This document shows positions 24,176 through 33,722 of a stretch of 64,000 bases of DNA, piece by piece; the stretch's first letter is position 1, and each line of letters starts with the position of its first letter. Source of the DNA: Eubacteriales bacterium (GTDB taxonomy: Bacteria > Bacillota > Clostridia > Christensenellales > Aristaeellaceae). The stretch is from the NCBI GenBank assembly GCA_031547595.1, contig JAVBRU010000018.1:3896-67895 (forward strand), read 5' to 3'. The notes below the pieces were generated by a model. It saw nothing but the letters and a program-made list of their open reading frames with translations. It searched no databases and was not told the origin of the DNA. A program made the position numbers and the translations under genes.

Positions 24176-27115
24176 ATGCGTAATTGGAAGCAAGTTCTAC
24201 GGCGCGGGATGGCGCTTGCCCTGGTGCTGGTGCTGTGCGTGCCGGCGATGAATTTCGCATTGGCGCAGGAGTACCCTGCGGTGGGTTTTGCGATTGATTC
24301 TGTGCGCCTGCGCAAATCACCGTCTGATGAAGGCACGGTGCGCCTGAACATCCCCAAGGGTGATGCCATGCTGCTCACCGGCGAAAGCGGGGATTACTAT
24401 ATCGTAGATTATGAGGGTACGCAAGGCTACGTGATGAAGAAATATGTCACGGTGAGCAGCAGCCTCACGCCCGGGCAAAACCTCGACCCTGTGGTGCCGG
24501 TGGCAGATGCCTATGGCTATACCACGGTGTACAGCAGCTCCGAGGCCGCCTTGGTGCGCCCGCTGCAGCAAGCACTGAAGGAACTGGGCTTTTATACAGG
24601 CACCGTGGACGGCAAGTTTGGCAATGGCACCACCAGTGCCGTCCAGGCATTCCAGACAGCGAACAAGCTGACTGTGACCGGTACAGCCGACCCGGAAACG
24701 CAAAAGCTGCTGTATGAGGGAACTCCTAAGAACAGCAAGGGCACGGCGATGACCGTCAAGACCCTGGCACCCATCGACGGCGTTTCCATCACCGAGGGCA
24801 AAGAGGGCGATGCCGTTACCAAGCTGCAGCAGCGCCTGAAAATATTGGGCTATCTGACGGGCAGCGCCGACGGCATCTGCGGCAGCGCCACAGTGACCGC
24901 GATCAAGAAGTTCCAGCAAAAGAACGGCTTGACGGCAAACGGCGTGGCGGACGCGCAGACGCAGACCGCGCTGTATGCCGTTACTGCGCTGAGCGCCAGT
25001 GCCACCGCGACACCCAAGCCTACGGCTACCCCAAAACCCACTGCCACGCCCAAGGCAGGCGCCACTGCTGCTCCCACTTATCCTTACCTGACCACCACCA
25101 TGGTGTCTGTCAACCTGCGCAAGGGCATGGGCATCGACACCGCGCGCATCACCACCATCCCCCAGGGCGCCTCCATCAGTGTGCTGGCGGTGAGCGGCGA
25201 TTACCTGAAGGTCACCTACAAGACCTACAGCGGCTATGTGATGGCGCAGTATGTGAACATCCCCATACAATATCTGTCCGGCGCTACCTTGCCCGAAAAC
25301 GCCGATGCGCAACGTGATTATATCAACCTTGCCAGCGGCAGCAGCGGACGCGAGGTGCGCGCATTGCAGCAAGCGCTGGCAGAGCTGGGCTTCTATACCT
25401 CTATTGTGGACTCGCAGTTTGGCGCGGCCACACTGACGGCCGTCAAGGCCCTCCAAAAGGCGAACGACTTGGCGCAAAGCGGCATTGTATCCCCTGAGCT
25501 GCAGCAGTTGATCTTTGAGGGCAAGCCCAAGAACAGCAAGGGCAAGGCCACCGCCGTGAAGGTGCTGCCCCCCATCTATGGCTATTCTATGGAGCTGAAC
25601 GACATGGGCGATGCTGTGGTTGATCTGCAAACTTCGCTGACCAAACTGGGCTATTATACCGGCACACTCAGCGGCATATACGATTCCGCCACGCAATCTG
25701 CCGTAAAGAAATTCCAGAAAGCATACAGCCTGACGGTGGATGGCAAAGCGGGCGCCAAAACCCAGGCTGCGCTGTTCAAAGCATCGCCGACCGCTGCGCC
25801 GGCTGCCACTGCCACCCCTGTAGGTCCCTTTATTACCCCCGGCCCCACGCCCACCACTGCGCCGCTTACGGCGGATAACGTGATCGTGATGCAAAGCGGC
25901 ACACGTGGCGTAGCCGTCAAAAACCTGCAGCAGCGGCTGATGGATCTGGAATACTACGTTTGCATTGTGGACGGTATCTATGATGCTGACGACATTGCCG
26001 CCGTCAAGAGCTTCCAAAGCCGCAACGGCCTGAAGGCGGACGGCATCGCGGGCCTGGATACGCAGCTCAAGCTATACAGCGACAGCGCTGTCAGCAACGC
26101 CAAGACGGCAGTTACCGCTGCGCCTGCCACCGCAACACCCAAGCCCAATACCACCACCACTTTGCAATCGGGCATGACGGGTGATCTGGTCAAGGCCATG
26201 CAGTCCCGTCTGGTCACCCTCAAATATCTGACCGGCACCATCGATGGCATCTACGGCAGCTCCACCAAGGGCGCCGTCACCCAGTTCCAGCGCGCCAATG
26301 GCCTGACCGCTGATGGCGTTGCCGGCCCCAAGACGCTGGACAAGCTGTACTCCGCTACCGCCAAGGAGTTTGCCCTTGCGGCCGATACAAGCACGGATAC
26401 TGTCACCTATACGCTGCTTAAATCCGGCATGAAGGGAACAGAGGTCAAAACCATGCAGCAGCGCCTGGTCACCCTCGGCTATCTGACTGCTGCGGACGGC
26501 ATCTTTGGCCCTGCCACGTATAACGCCGTTGTGGCTTTCCAGAAAAAGAACGGCCTGACGGCGGACGGCATTGCGGGCACAAGCACGCTAACCAAGATGA
26601 ACTCGTCCTCCGCTGTGGCGGCCAACACCAGCATCGTGGTGCCCACCACCACCCCCAAGCCCTCCGGCTCCACTGCGCCAAGCGCGGCAGAGGTGCGCTA
26701 TGCCAACTATTACACCGAGATCCGCTCCCGCGCACGGCTGATGCCCGATGTGGTGATCTACGATCCCGATACGGGCCTTAGCTACAAGCTGCACATGTTC
26801 TCCTTTGGCAAGCATGTGGATGCCGAGCCGCCCACCGCTGCCGATACCGCGATCATGAACCAGGTGTGCGGATATAATAACTGGACTGCCAAGGCGGTGT
26901 GGGTGATCTTCAGCGATGGCCGCGTGTATATGGCCTCTACCCACAGCCACGGTCATGAGGTAGACCATACCGCCGGCAACGATCTGACCGGGCACGTGTG
27001 CATCCACTTCCCGCGCGTGATGTCCGAGGCCGAGGCCACCGGCCCCTACGCCGTCAGCCACCAGAAGGCCATCCTGCTGGGTTGGGAAAAGACACAAAAC
27101 ATGATCGGGCAATAA
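24176..27115 (+). CDS. secreted multi-repeat peptidoglycan-binding protein (2 SH3-like + about 10 PG_binding_1-like repeats + unassigned C-terminal domain)
   Basis: 979 aa with signal peptide MRNWKQVLRRGMALALVLVLCVPAMNFALA. It has repeated units of the form V..LQ..L..LGYYTG..DG.FG..T..AV..FQ..NGL..DG.AG..T…LY, and SH3b-like segments (…VNLRKG…GDYLKVTYKTYSGYVM). Thr/Pro linkers are present (TPKPTATPKPTATPKA). The C-terminal roughly 150 aa carry an HSHGHEVDH cluster. Confidence 0.85.
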   Translation: MRNWKQVLRRGMALALVLVLCVPAMNFALAQEYPAVGFAIDSVRLRKSPSDEGTVRLNIPKGDAMLLTGESGDYYIVDYEGTQGYVMKKYVTVSSSLTPGQNLDPVVPVADAYGYTTVYSSSEAALVRPLQQALKELGFYTGTVDGKFGNGTTSAVQAFQTANKLTVTGTADPETQKLLYEGTPKNSKGTAMTVKTLAPIDGVSITEGKEGDAVTKLQQRLKILGYLTGSADGICGSATVTAIKKFQQKNGLTANGVADAQTQTALYAVTALSASATATPKPTATPKPTATPKAGATAAPTYPYLTTTMVSVNLRKGMGIDTARITTIPQGASISVLAVSGDYLKVTYKTYSGYVMAQYVNIPIQYLSGATLPENADAQRDYINLASGSSGREVRALQQALAELGFYTSIVDSQFGAATLTAVKALQKANDLAQSGIVSPELQQLIFEGKPKNSKGKATAVKVLPPIYGYSMELNDMGDAVVDLQTSLTKLGYYTGTLSGIYDSATQSAVKKFQKAYSLTVDGKAGAKTQAALFKASPTAAPAATATPVGPFITPGPTPTTAPLTADNVIVMQSGTRGVAVKNLQQRLMDLEYYVCIVDGIYDADDIAAVKSFQSRNGLKADGIAGLDTQLKLYSDSAVSNAKTAVTAAPATATPKPNTTTTLQSGMTGDLVKAMQSRLVTLKYLTGTIDGIYGSSTKGAVTQFQRANGLTADGVAGPKTLDKLYSATAKEFALAADTSTDTVTYTLLKSGMKGTEVKTMQQRLVTLGYLTAADGIFGPATYNAVVAFQKKNGLTADGIAGTSTLTKMNSSSAVAANTSIVVPTTTPKPSGSTAPSAAEVRYANYYTEIRSRARLMPDVVIYDPDTGLSYKLHMFSFGKHVDAEPPTAADTAIMNQVCGYNNWTAKAVWVIFSDGRVYMASTHSHGHEVDHTAGNDLTGHVCIHFPRVMSEAEATGPYAVSHQKAILLGWEKTQNMIGQ

Positions 27116-27208
27116 TAGGATTCTTTCAAGGGGCTGTCTGGATAAGGCAGCCTCTTTCCTTTGGCCAAAAAATAAGCTATAATAATAGAAAGTCAAAGGG
27201 GGAATTGT

Positions 27209-30200
27209 ATGCTGCACATTTTGGGTGGACGGCCAAATGACCTGTGGGCGCAGGTGGCGCACACCGTACAGGCGCAGCGCAGCGCGAAGCGGCGGTGTCT
27301 GGTGCTGGTGCCGGAGCAGCTCACCCTCAAAACAGAACGGGATCTGCTGGACGCGCTGAATGTGCCGGGCTTTTTTGATGTGGAGGTGCTGTCGCCCTCG
27401 AGGCTCAGCCAGCGTGTGTTTGCGTTGGCGGGCACGGATACGCGGGTGCGCATTGACAATAACGGCAAGCAGATGGCGTTGGCGGGGGCGCTGTTGGGCG
27501 TGCGAAAACAGCTGGTTTATTACGAGAGCGCGGCGGAAAAACAGGGGTTTATTGCGCGGGCAGGCGCATGGATTACGGATATGAAGCGCGCGGGTGTGAC
27601 GCCGGAGGCGCTGGCGGCGCACGCGCAAACACTGCCGCAGGGTGCGTCGCGGGATAAACTAATGGATTTGGCGCTGATCTATGCTGCATATGACAGCCAG
27701 CTCGCCGGGCGGTTTGTGGATGGGGAGGACGTGCTTGGCGACATGCTGCTGCGCATCCCACAAAGCGGCCTTGCCAAGGATGCCTGTGTGTTGTCGTATG
27801 GGTTTGACGTATTGACAGAGCAGTACGGGCGTATCCTGTGCGCCCTTGGTGCGCAGGCGTATGAGGTGTATGCGCTGCTGGCGCTGGAGCGGGAGCTGGA
27901 TGCGTTCACCCCTGTGCTGGACGGCGCAAACCGGCTGCTGCGCATGGCGGGGCTGCAGCGCCTGGAGGCTCGGCTCGCGTTTTTGCCGCCCACTGCGCGC
28001 GCCGCCGCGCCGGATCTTCTGCACCTGGAACGCGAGTTTTTACGCCCGAAGCCTTCCGTATTTGCGGCTGTGCCGGGTGCGCTGCGGCTGTATGCCGCGC
28101 CCACGCCCTATGCGGAGGCGCATCAGGTGGCGCAGGAAATTCTGTTGCTGCATGAGCACGGGGTCGCCTTTGGGGAGATGAGTGTGCTCTTTGGCAGCCT
28201 GCCAAGGTATGCGGGCGTGACGGCAGCGGTTTTCAAAGCGTACAATATCCCCTGCTATATTGCGCGCAAGCTGCCTGCCGCGGCGCACGGTGCGGCGCGG
28301 TTTTTGCTGGCGGCGCTGCATGCGGTGTCCGGGGGATATTTGCAGCCCGATATGCTGGATGTGATCAAGAGCGGCTATGCCAAGCTTACGGACGCCGAGG
28401 TGTTTGCGCTGGAGAATTATATGCTGGCGCATGGCACGAAGGGCAAGTACTGGCTGAATCCGTTTTTGAAAGACGAGCAGGCAGAGGCTGCGCGAATCGC
28501 GCTTGTTACTCCCTTGGAGGCGCTTCGCAGCGCCCTTCGTGCCGCGCAGGATGCAGACGGTGCGCTGCGCGCGATCTTTGCGCTGCTCACTGATGTGGAG
28601 GCGCATGCCACTTGCCTAACGCAAGAGCAGCAATTGCTGGAGCGGCACATGCCGGAGCAAGCGGCCAAGGTGCGGCAGGTGTGGCAGGTGCTGATGGACT
28701 TATTGTCCCAGGCGCATGAACTGATGGCGGGGAAGAAGATCCCGGCCAAGCATCTGGCCGCCTGGCTGGAGGCGGGGTTGGAAGCGACCGAGCTTGCCGC
28801 GCTGCCGCCGGACGCCGACAGCGTGGCTTGCGGCGAGCTGGGTAATCTATCGCCTGGTGCCCCCCATGCACTGTTTGTGATGGGGCTGAACGACGGCATT
28901 TTGCAAACAGCGGACAGCGCCCTGATGAGCGAGCAGGAACGGGAGCAGACCGAAGCCGCCTTAGAAGTGTACCTGAGCCTTGGCGCAGATGGGCGCGACC
29001 GCTTGGCATTGCTGGACTTGTGGAAGGCGCTGAGTGCGCCTACTGAAGCATTGTTTCTCTCCCATGCCCAGGCATCGCAGGATGGCGCGGCCCTGCGCCC
29101 GCTGTCGCAGCTTTCACTGGTTCGCCGCCTGTTCCCCCTGCTGGTGGAGGAGGGCGGCGTGAGTGCCACGCAAGGCGCGGCCTTTCCCCTTGCGCCGCAG
29201 CCCACACTGGATGCGCTGGCACTGCGATTGCAAACGGGCGACGTGGAGGGCGATTGGCTGGAGGCCTGGCGCTGGCTGTGTACGCATCAGCCGCAGCGCG
29301 CGCATGCATTGGTCGCCGCGCCCCGGCGGGTAGACAGCGCTGCGCCCCTGCCCCGGCAGGTGACGCATCAGCTGTTTATGGAGCGGATTTTCTCCGTCAG
29401 CCGCCTCGAAACCTTTGCGGTGTGCCCCTACAAACACTTTGTCACCTATGGCTTAAAGCCGCAGCCGCGCAAGGAGCTGAAGCTGCAGCCAAAGGATACC
29501 GGCACCTTTTATCACAGTGCGCTGGAGGGCTTCACAAGGCTGCTGCCGTCCTTGCCCGAGTGGCCAAAGGTGGACAAAAAATCCTGCGATGCGCTGATGG
29601 ACAAGGCGGCGGACGGCCTGATGGATAAGCTGCTGCCAGGCACATTGGCAGACAGCGCCCGTGCCCGCGCCACGGCGGAAAAATACCGCCAGCTTCTTCG
29701 CCGTGTGGCCTGGACGTTCACCAAAACGGCGCAGCAATCGGCATTCCGGCCCACCGATGCCGAGGTGCGCTTTGGCGAGGAGGGCGGGCTGCCACCGCTG
29801 ATGCTCACCCTTCAGGACGGCAGCCGGGTGATGCTGCGCGGCACAATTGACCGCATCGACCGTTACACCGGGGACGAGGGGATGTACCTGCGCGTAGTGG
29901 ATTATAAGAGCGGACACGACGCTGTATCCGCCACCCGCATCTGGTGGGGCACGCAGCTGCAGCTGTTGATTTATCTGGCAGCGGCGCTGGAAACGGACGG
30001 GATGGCCGAGCCTGCCGGGGCGTTCTATTTCCATCTGGACGATCCTGTGATTGCCGATCCCGGCCTCAAAAGGGACGTGGAAGAAGCGTTGGCAGCCGAG
30101 TTGAAGCTAAAAGGTATCGTGCTGAAAGATGCGCAAGTAGTGCGCCTGATGGACAGCGGCGAACCGCCCTTGAGCCTGGCCAAGCTTCTCAAAAAAGATG

Positions 30201-30469
30201 GCGATTTTGAAAAGAACAAGACGGTGGCTACGCTGGAACAAATGCGTGATTTGATTGCGCACGCCCAGACGATGGCGGCGCAGCTGGCTTGGCAGGTGCG
30301 CAGCGGCGAGATTGCTGCCGCGCCGCTTTGCGAGGGTGATAACACGCCTTGCACCTATTGTGATTACCGCGCCATCTGCCGTCAGGATGGCAACCGCACT
30401 GCACGTATGGCGGATAGCATTACATTTGATCAACTGCTGGAGAATGTCAACCGGCAGAAAGAGGAGTAA
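27209..30469 (+). CDS. addB: helicase-nuclease complex subunit B (AddB/RexB), PD-(D/E)XK nuclease with Fe-S cluster
   Basis: 1086 aa. The C-terminal nuclease/Fe-S module is present: first Cys in RLETFAVCPYKHF, nuclease motifs GTIDRIDRY…LRVVDYKSG, and Cys triad CTYCDYRAIC. The N-terminal position where AddB usually has the Walker A box reads ILGGRPNDLWAQ. No GxxGxGK[ST] occurs anywhere in the protein. Confidence 0.85.
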   Translation: MLHILGGRPNDLWAQVAHTVQAQRSAKRRCLVLVPEQLTLKTERDLLDALNVPGFFDVEVLSPSRLSQRVFALAGTDTRVRIDNNGKQMALAGALLGVRKQLVYYESAAEKQGFIARAGAWITDMKRAGVTPEALAAHAQTLPQGASRDKLMDLALIYAAYDSQLAGRFVDGEDVLGDMLLRIPQSGLAKDACVLSYGFDVLTEQYGRILCALGAQAYEVYALLALERELDAFTPVLDGANRLLRMAGLQRLEARLAFLPPTARAAAPDLLHLEREFLRPKPSVFAAVPGALRLYAAPTPYAEAHQVAQEILLLHEHGVAFGEMSVLFGSLPRYAGVTAAVFKAYNIPCYIARKLPAAAHGAARFLLAALHAVSGGYLQPDMLDVIKSGYAKLTDAEVFALENYMLAHGTKGKYWLNPFLKDEQAEAARIALVTPLEALRSALRAAQDADGALRAIFALLTDVEAHATCLTQEQQLLERHMPEQAAKVRQVWQVLMDLLSQAHELMAGKKIPAKHLAAWLEAGLEATELAALPPDADSVACGELGNLSPGAPHALFVMGLNDGILQTADSALMSEQEREQTEAALEVYLSLGADGRDRLALLDLWKALSAPTEALFLSHAQASQDGAALRPLSQLSLVRRLFPLLVEEGGVSATQGAAFPLAPQPTLDALALRLQTGDVEGDWLEAWRWLCTHQPQRAHALVAAPRRVDSAAPLPRQVTHQLFMERIFSVSRLETFAVCPYKHFVTYGLKPQPRKELKLQPKDTGTFYHSALEGFTRLLPSLPEWPKVDKKSCDALMDKAADGLMDKLLPGTLADSARARATAEKYRQLLRRVAWTFTKTAQQSAFRPTDAEVRFGEEGGLPPLMLTLQDGSRVMLRGTIDRIDRYTGDEGMYLRVVDYKSGHDAVSATRIWWGTQLQLLIYLAAALETDGMAEPAGAFYFHLDDPVIADPGLKRDVEEALAAELKLKGIVLKDAQVVRLMDSGEPPLSLAKLLKKDGDFEKNKTVATLEQMRDLIAHAQTMAAQLAWQVRSGEIAAAPLCEGDNTPCTYCDYRAICRQDGNRTARMADSITFDQLLENVNRQKEE

Positions 30470-30552
30470 ACAAAAACACTTATACCCATTCTTGTGCTAT
30501 CCTTTTGTGCCGCAAGAGTGTATGCTGTGTTTGGAGGAAGGGGGATGGACTG

Positions 30553-31275
30553 ATGAAGTATGAGAACGGCGCGGATGTGCTGCCGGAGCGGCTGCTTCGG
30601 CAAGTGCAAAAATACGCATCCGGCAAGTTATTGTATATTCCGTCCGGCAATCCCCGGCGCGCGTGGGGCGAGACCTCGGGCTATAAGCAATACCTGACGG
30701 AGCGCAACCACGCCATCCGCACCAAATATGCAGACGGCACACCGATGGATGATCTGGCGCAGGAATACTTCCTGGCGGTCGAGAGCATCAAGCGCATCGT
30801 GTATGCCAAGAAGGAGGGTATTTATTTGCAGTACAAAAATTCACTGGCCTCGGCGCGGCAATACGCAGCTGCGGGACAATTGGAGGAGTGGGTGCACACA
30901 TACCTGCTGTCTGATGGACACAACAAGGCGTTTTCTGACGGGCTGAAGCTATTCGAGCGCTACTATCTGGGGCCTGTTTCGATGCCGCTTGCCCTGTTTG
31001 AGCGCTGCTGCGGGCCGGAGGAGCATATGAAGTTCCGTGTGCAGGAGCAGTGGTTTGACAAGCATGTGGAAGAGTTGATGCAGGTGATTGAAGACAATGT
31101 GGATTTGCCGCCCTTGATTGTAAACTATGTGGATAATCACTTTGAGCTGAACGATGGCAATCATCGCCACGAAGCTTATGCGCGGCTGGGCATTCCGGCC
31201 TATGATGTGATCATCTGGTGCACGGAGAAAGCAGCGTATCAGGAGTTCCTGTCCAGGTACGCGGAGTACCTGTAA
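30553..31275 (+). CDS. fusion protein: CD3324/Mor-like HTH N-terminal domain + ParB/Srx-like nuclease-fold C-terminal domain
   Basis: Trimmed to ATG 30553 (RBS GGAGGAAGGGGG upstream). 240 aa. The N-terminus MKYENGADVLPERLLRQVQKYASGKLLYIPSG…WGETSGYKQYL…RN..IR.KY resembles the small 'CD3324 family' proteins of Clostridia. The C-terminus PPLIVNYVDNHFELNDGNHRHEAYARLGIP carries the ParB-N/sulfiredoxin DGxHR-type motif. Confidence 0.6.
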   Translation: MKYENGADVLPERLLRQVQKYASGKLLYIPSGNPRRAWGETSGYKQYLTERNHAIRTKYADGTPMDDLAQEYFLAVESIKRIVYAKKEGIYLQYKNSLASARQYAAAGQLEEWVHTYLLSDGHNKAFSDGLKLFERYYLGPVSMPLALFERCCGPEEHMKFRVQEQWFDKHVEELMQVIEDNVDLPPLIVNYVDNHFELNDGNHRHEAYARLGIPAYDVIIWCTEKAAYQEFLSRYAEYL

Positions 31276-31334
31276 CACAGAGCGACACGCATGGAATCCC
31301 CACCCACCGCATAGGATGCCACGAGGTGATAGGC

Positions 31335-32324
31335 ATGCAAATCCTCCTGGCAGTATTGTGCGTGGTGGGGGCTGTGGTGGGCGCGGGGTTTGCCTCCGGG
31401 CGGGAAATCGTGTCCTTTTTTACGCGGTATGGCGCGTTCTCGTGGGTGTGCGCGGTGGTGGCCGCAGTGGCGATGATGCTGCTGATAGACGCGATTTTGC
31501 GGCGCAGTCGGCAAGGAATCACGGGATTATTGCCCGAGGGGCGGCTGAAAGTTCCGGCCATGCTGCTGCTGATGCTGCTCTACATCATCACGGGCGGCGG
31601 CATGGTGGCGGCCGGGGGCGAGTTGTGGGCGCTGACCGTGCCGCTGCACAGCGCGTATACGCTGGGGATGGTGTGCACGCTGGGGCTGGGGCTGCTGAGC
31701 ATGCGCTATGGTATGAAGCCGCTGTCCTATCTGGGCTGGGCGCTGGTGCCGCTGATGCTGGCTGCGTTTGTGCTGTGCATGGGCTTGCCCTCTGCCAAGG
31801 AGGGGGGCGCGCCGCCCGTCCTCGGATTTGCCCAAAACGCCACCGGCATCATCGGTGCGCTGTGCTATGCGGGGTTCAATATCACGCTGGCGCTGGGTGT
31901 TTTGTGTGATGTGGGGCAGGATTGCAGCCCGCGCAAGGGCTGCCGCACTGCGGCTTGGGCAGGCGGCGCGCTGGGTGCACTGCTGCTATTGGCCAATGCC
32001 GCATTCCTCCCGCACCTTGCCACAGTGGACAACGCGGCGCTGCCCACCGTCCTGCTGCTTCGGGAATACGGCCTTACGGGCTTTTATCTGTCGGCAGCAA
32101 TGCTATATTTGGCTATATTGACCACGCTGCTGGCAGTGATGCAGGGTTTGTATTCATTGCTTCAAAGCCGCACGCGTCACCCGGGCTGCATCATGACGGT
32201 GGCGCTGCTGATCGTGGCGCTGGGCGGGTTTGAGCGCATCGTGTCCGTTGCCTACCCGGCACTGGGCGCGCTGTGCTTTGTTTTGCTATGCGTTGCATTT
32301 GTTTCGCGAAAACCAAAAGTGTAA
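31335..32324 (+). CDS. YkvI-family membrane protein (putative transporter)
   Basis: Trimmed to ATG 31335. 329 aa with about 10 TM helices. The N-terminal motif GAVVGAGFASGREIVSFF is characteristic of YkvI-like proteins. Confidence 0.7.
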   Translation: MQILLAVLCVVGAVVGAGFASGREIVSFFTRYGAFSWVCAVVAAVAMMLLIDAILRRSRQGITGLLPEGRLKVPAMLLLMLLYIITGGGMVAAGGELWALTVPLHSAYTLGMVCTLGLGLLSMRYGMKPLSYLGWALVPLMLAAFVLCMGLPSAKEGGAPPVLGFAQNATGIIGALCYAGFNITLALGVLCDVGQDCSPRKGCRTAAWAGGALGALLLLANAAFLPHLATVDNAALPTVLLLREYGLTGFYLSAAMLYLAILTTLLAVMQGLYSLLQSRTRHPGCIMTVALLIVALGGFERIVSVAYPALGALCFVLLCVAFVSRKPKV

Positions 32325-32381
32325 AGGATTTTTCGCCGCCGTGTCGAATTAACAACAGATATTATGTTGAAGGAGCACTGC

Positions 32382-32927
32382 ATGAGCAACATTTGGCACG
32401 ACATCAATCCCCAGCGCATCACCCCCGAAGATTTTATTTGCGTGGTGGAGATCCCCAAAGGCAGCAAGACCAAGTATGAGCTGGACAAAGAAACCGGCCA
32501 CATCATGCTGGACCGCATATTGTACACCTCCACCCACTATCCGGCCAATTATGGCTTTATTCCGCGCACGTATGGCGATGATCTTGACCCGCTGGACGTG
32601 TTGCTGATTTGCAGCGAGCCGCTTTTGCCTATGACACTGGTGCGCGCATATCCCATCGGCATGATCTCCATGCTGGATAACGGGCGGCATGACGAAAAAA
32701 TCATTGCCATCCCCTTTGACGAGCCGAACTATAACCAATACCGCGCCATTGAAGAACTGCCGCCCCATATTTTCACCGAAATGCGACACTTCTTCTCTGT
32801 ATACAAATCTCTTGAAAACAAAGAAACCGTGGTGGATGAGGTGTCCGGCGCGCCCGAAGCGATTCGGACTGTTCGCAATGCCATCGAAGCATACATCGAA
32901 AAATTCTGCCGTGGCTGCGCACATTAA
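32382..32927 (+). CDS. ppa: inorganic pyrophosphatase, family I
   Basis: Trimmed to ATG 32382 (RBS GAAGGAG). 181 aa. …VVEIPKGSKTKYELDKETG…LDRILYTSTHYPANYGFIPRTYGDDLDPLDVLL… is the canonical family I PPase active-site signature. Confidence 0.95.
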   Translation: MSNIWHDINPQRITPEDFICVVEIPKGSKTKYELDKETGHIMLDRILYTSTHYPANYGFIPRTYGDDLDPLDVLLICSEPLLPMTLVRAYPIGMISMLDNGRHDEKIIAIPFDEPNYNQYRAIEELPPHIFTEMRHFFSVYKSLENKETVVDEVSGAPEAIRTVRNAIEAYIEKFCRGCAH

Positions 32928-33007
32928 GAAATTCTTAATCATTTCTATGCAAAGCCTTTCAATATCCCGCTGCTGACTGCGCTATACTATGCATGGGAGG
33001 TGGCAAC

Positions 33008-33712
33008 ATGGGCGACAGCATCCTGGTGGTGGACGACGAGCGCGAGATTGCCGACCTGGTCGAGCTTTATTTGCGAAACGAAAACTATACCGTTTATAAG
33101 TTTTACACGGCTGAGGACGCGCTGCATTGCATCGAGCAAACAGCGCTGGACTTGGCCATTTTGGATATCATGCTGCCGGGCACGAGCGGGCTGAGCATTT
33201 GCCAAAAAATCCGGGACAAGCACAGCTATCCCGTGATTATGCTGACGGCCAAGGATTCCGAGGTGGACAAGATCACCGGGCTCACCCTTGGCGCGGATGA
33301 CTATATCACCAAGCCTTTCCGCCCGCTGGAGCTGGTGGCGCGGGTGAAGGCACAGCTGCGGCGCTATAAGCGCTACAACACCGCCGCACAAGAGGCGGCG
33401 CCGGCGGAAGATGTGATTGCACACGGTGCGCTTTTGATCGACATTAGTACGCATGAGTGCTTCCTCAACGAGCGCGCACTGGCGCTCACGCCTACCGAGT
33501 TTTCTATCCTGCGCATTTTGTGCGAGCAGCGCGGCAGCGTAGTCAGTGCCGAACAGCTTTTTCATGCCATCTGGGGCGACGAGTATTATACCAAGAACAA
33601 CAACACCATTACCGTGCACATCCGCCACCTGCGCGAGAAAATGGGCGATACGGGCGAGAACCCGCAGTACATCAAAACAGTATGGGGGGTCGGCTACAAA
33701 ATTGAAAAATAA
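33008..33712 (+). CDS. vanR: OmpR-family response regulator, VanR-type
   Basis: 234 aa. It is near-colinear with enterococcal VanR as I recall it (ILVVDDEREIADLVELYL.NENYTV…DLAILDIMLPGTSGL.ICQKIRDKH.YP.IMLT.KD.EVDKITGLT.GADDYITKPFRPLEL.ARVKAQLRRYK…ITVHIRHLREKM…KTVWGVGYKIEK). Confidence 0.9.
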   Translation: MGDSILVVDDEREIADLVELYLRNENYTVYKFYTAEDALHCIEQTALDLAILDIMLPGTSGLSICQKIRDKHSYPVIMLTAKDSEVDKITGLTLGADDYITKPFRPLELVARVKAQLRRYKRYNTAAQEAAPAEDVIAHGALLIDISTHECFLNERALALTPTEFSILRILCEQRGSVVSAEQLFHAIWGDEYYTKNNNTITVHIRHLREKMGDTGENPQYIKTVWGVGYKIEK

Positions 33713-33722
33713 CAAGCGGAAG

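Noticed and set aside
25008-25060. Short tandem DNA repeat (ACNCCNAAGCCNACNGCN x3)
   Set aside because: It encodes the TPKPTA Thr/Pro linker within the large wall-binding protein. It is an in-frame low-complexity linker, not a separate VNTR/CRISPR-like feature.
24317-26017. 566-aa minus-strand ORF, plus several 60-90-aa ORFs inside 24.4-26.7 kb
   Set aside because: They are antisense or off-frame shadows of the 979-aa PG-binding-repeat gene. The repetitive GC-rich coding sequence keeps several frames open.
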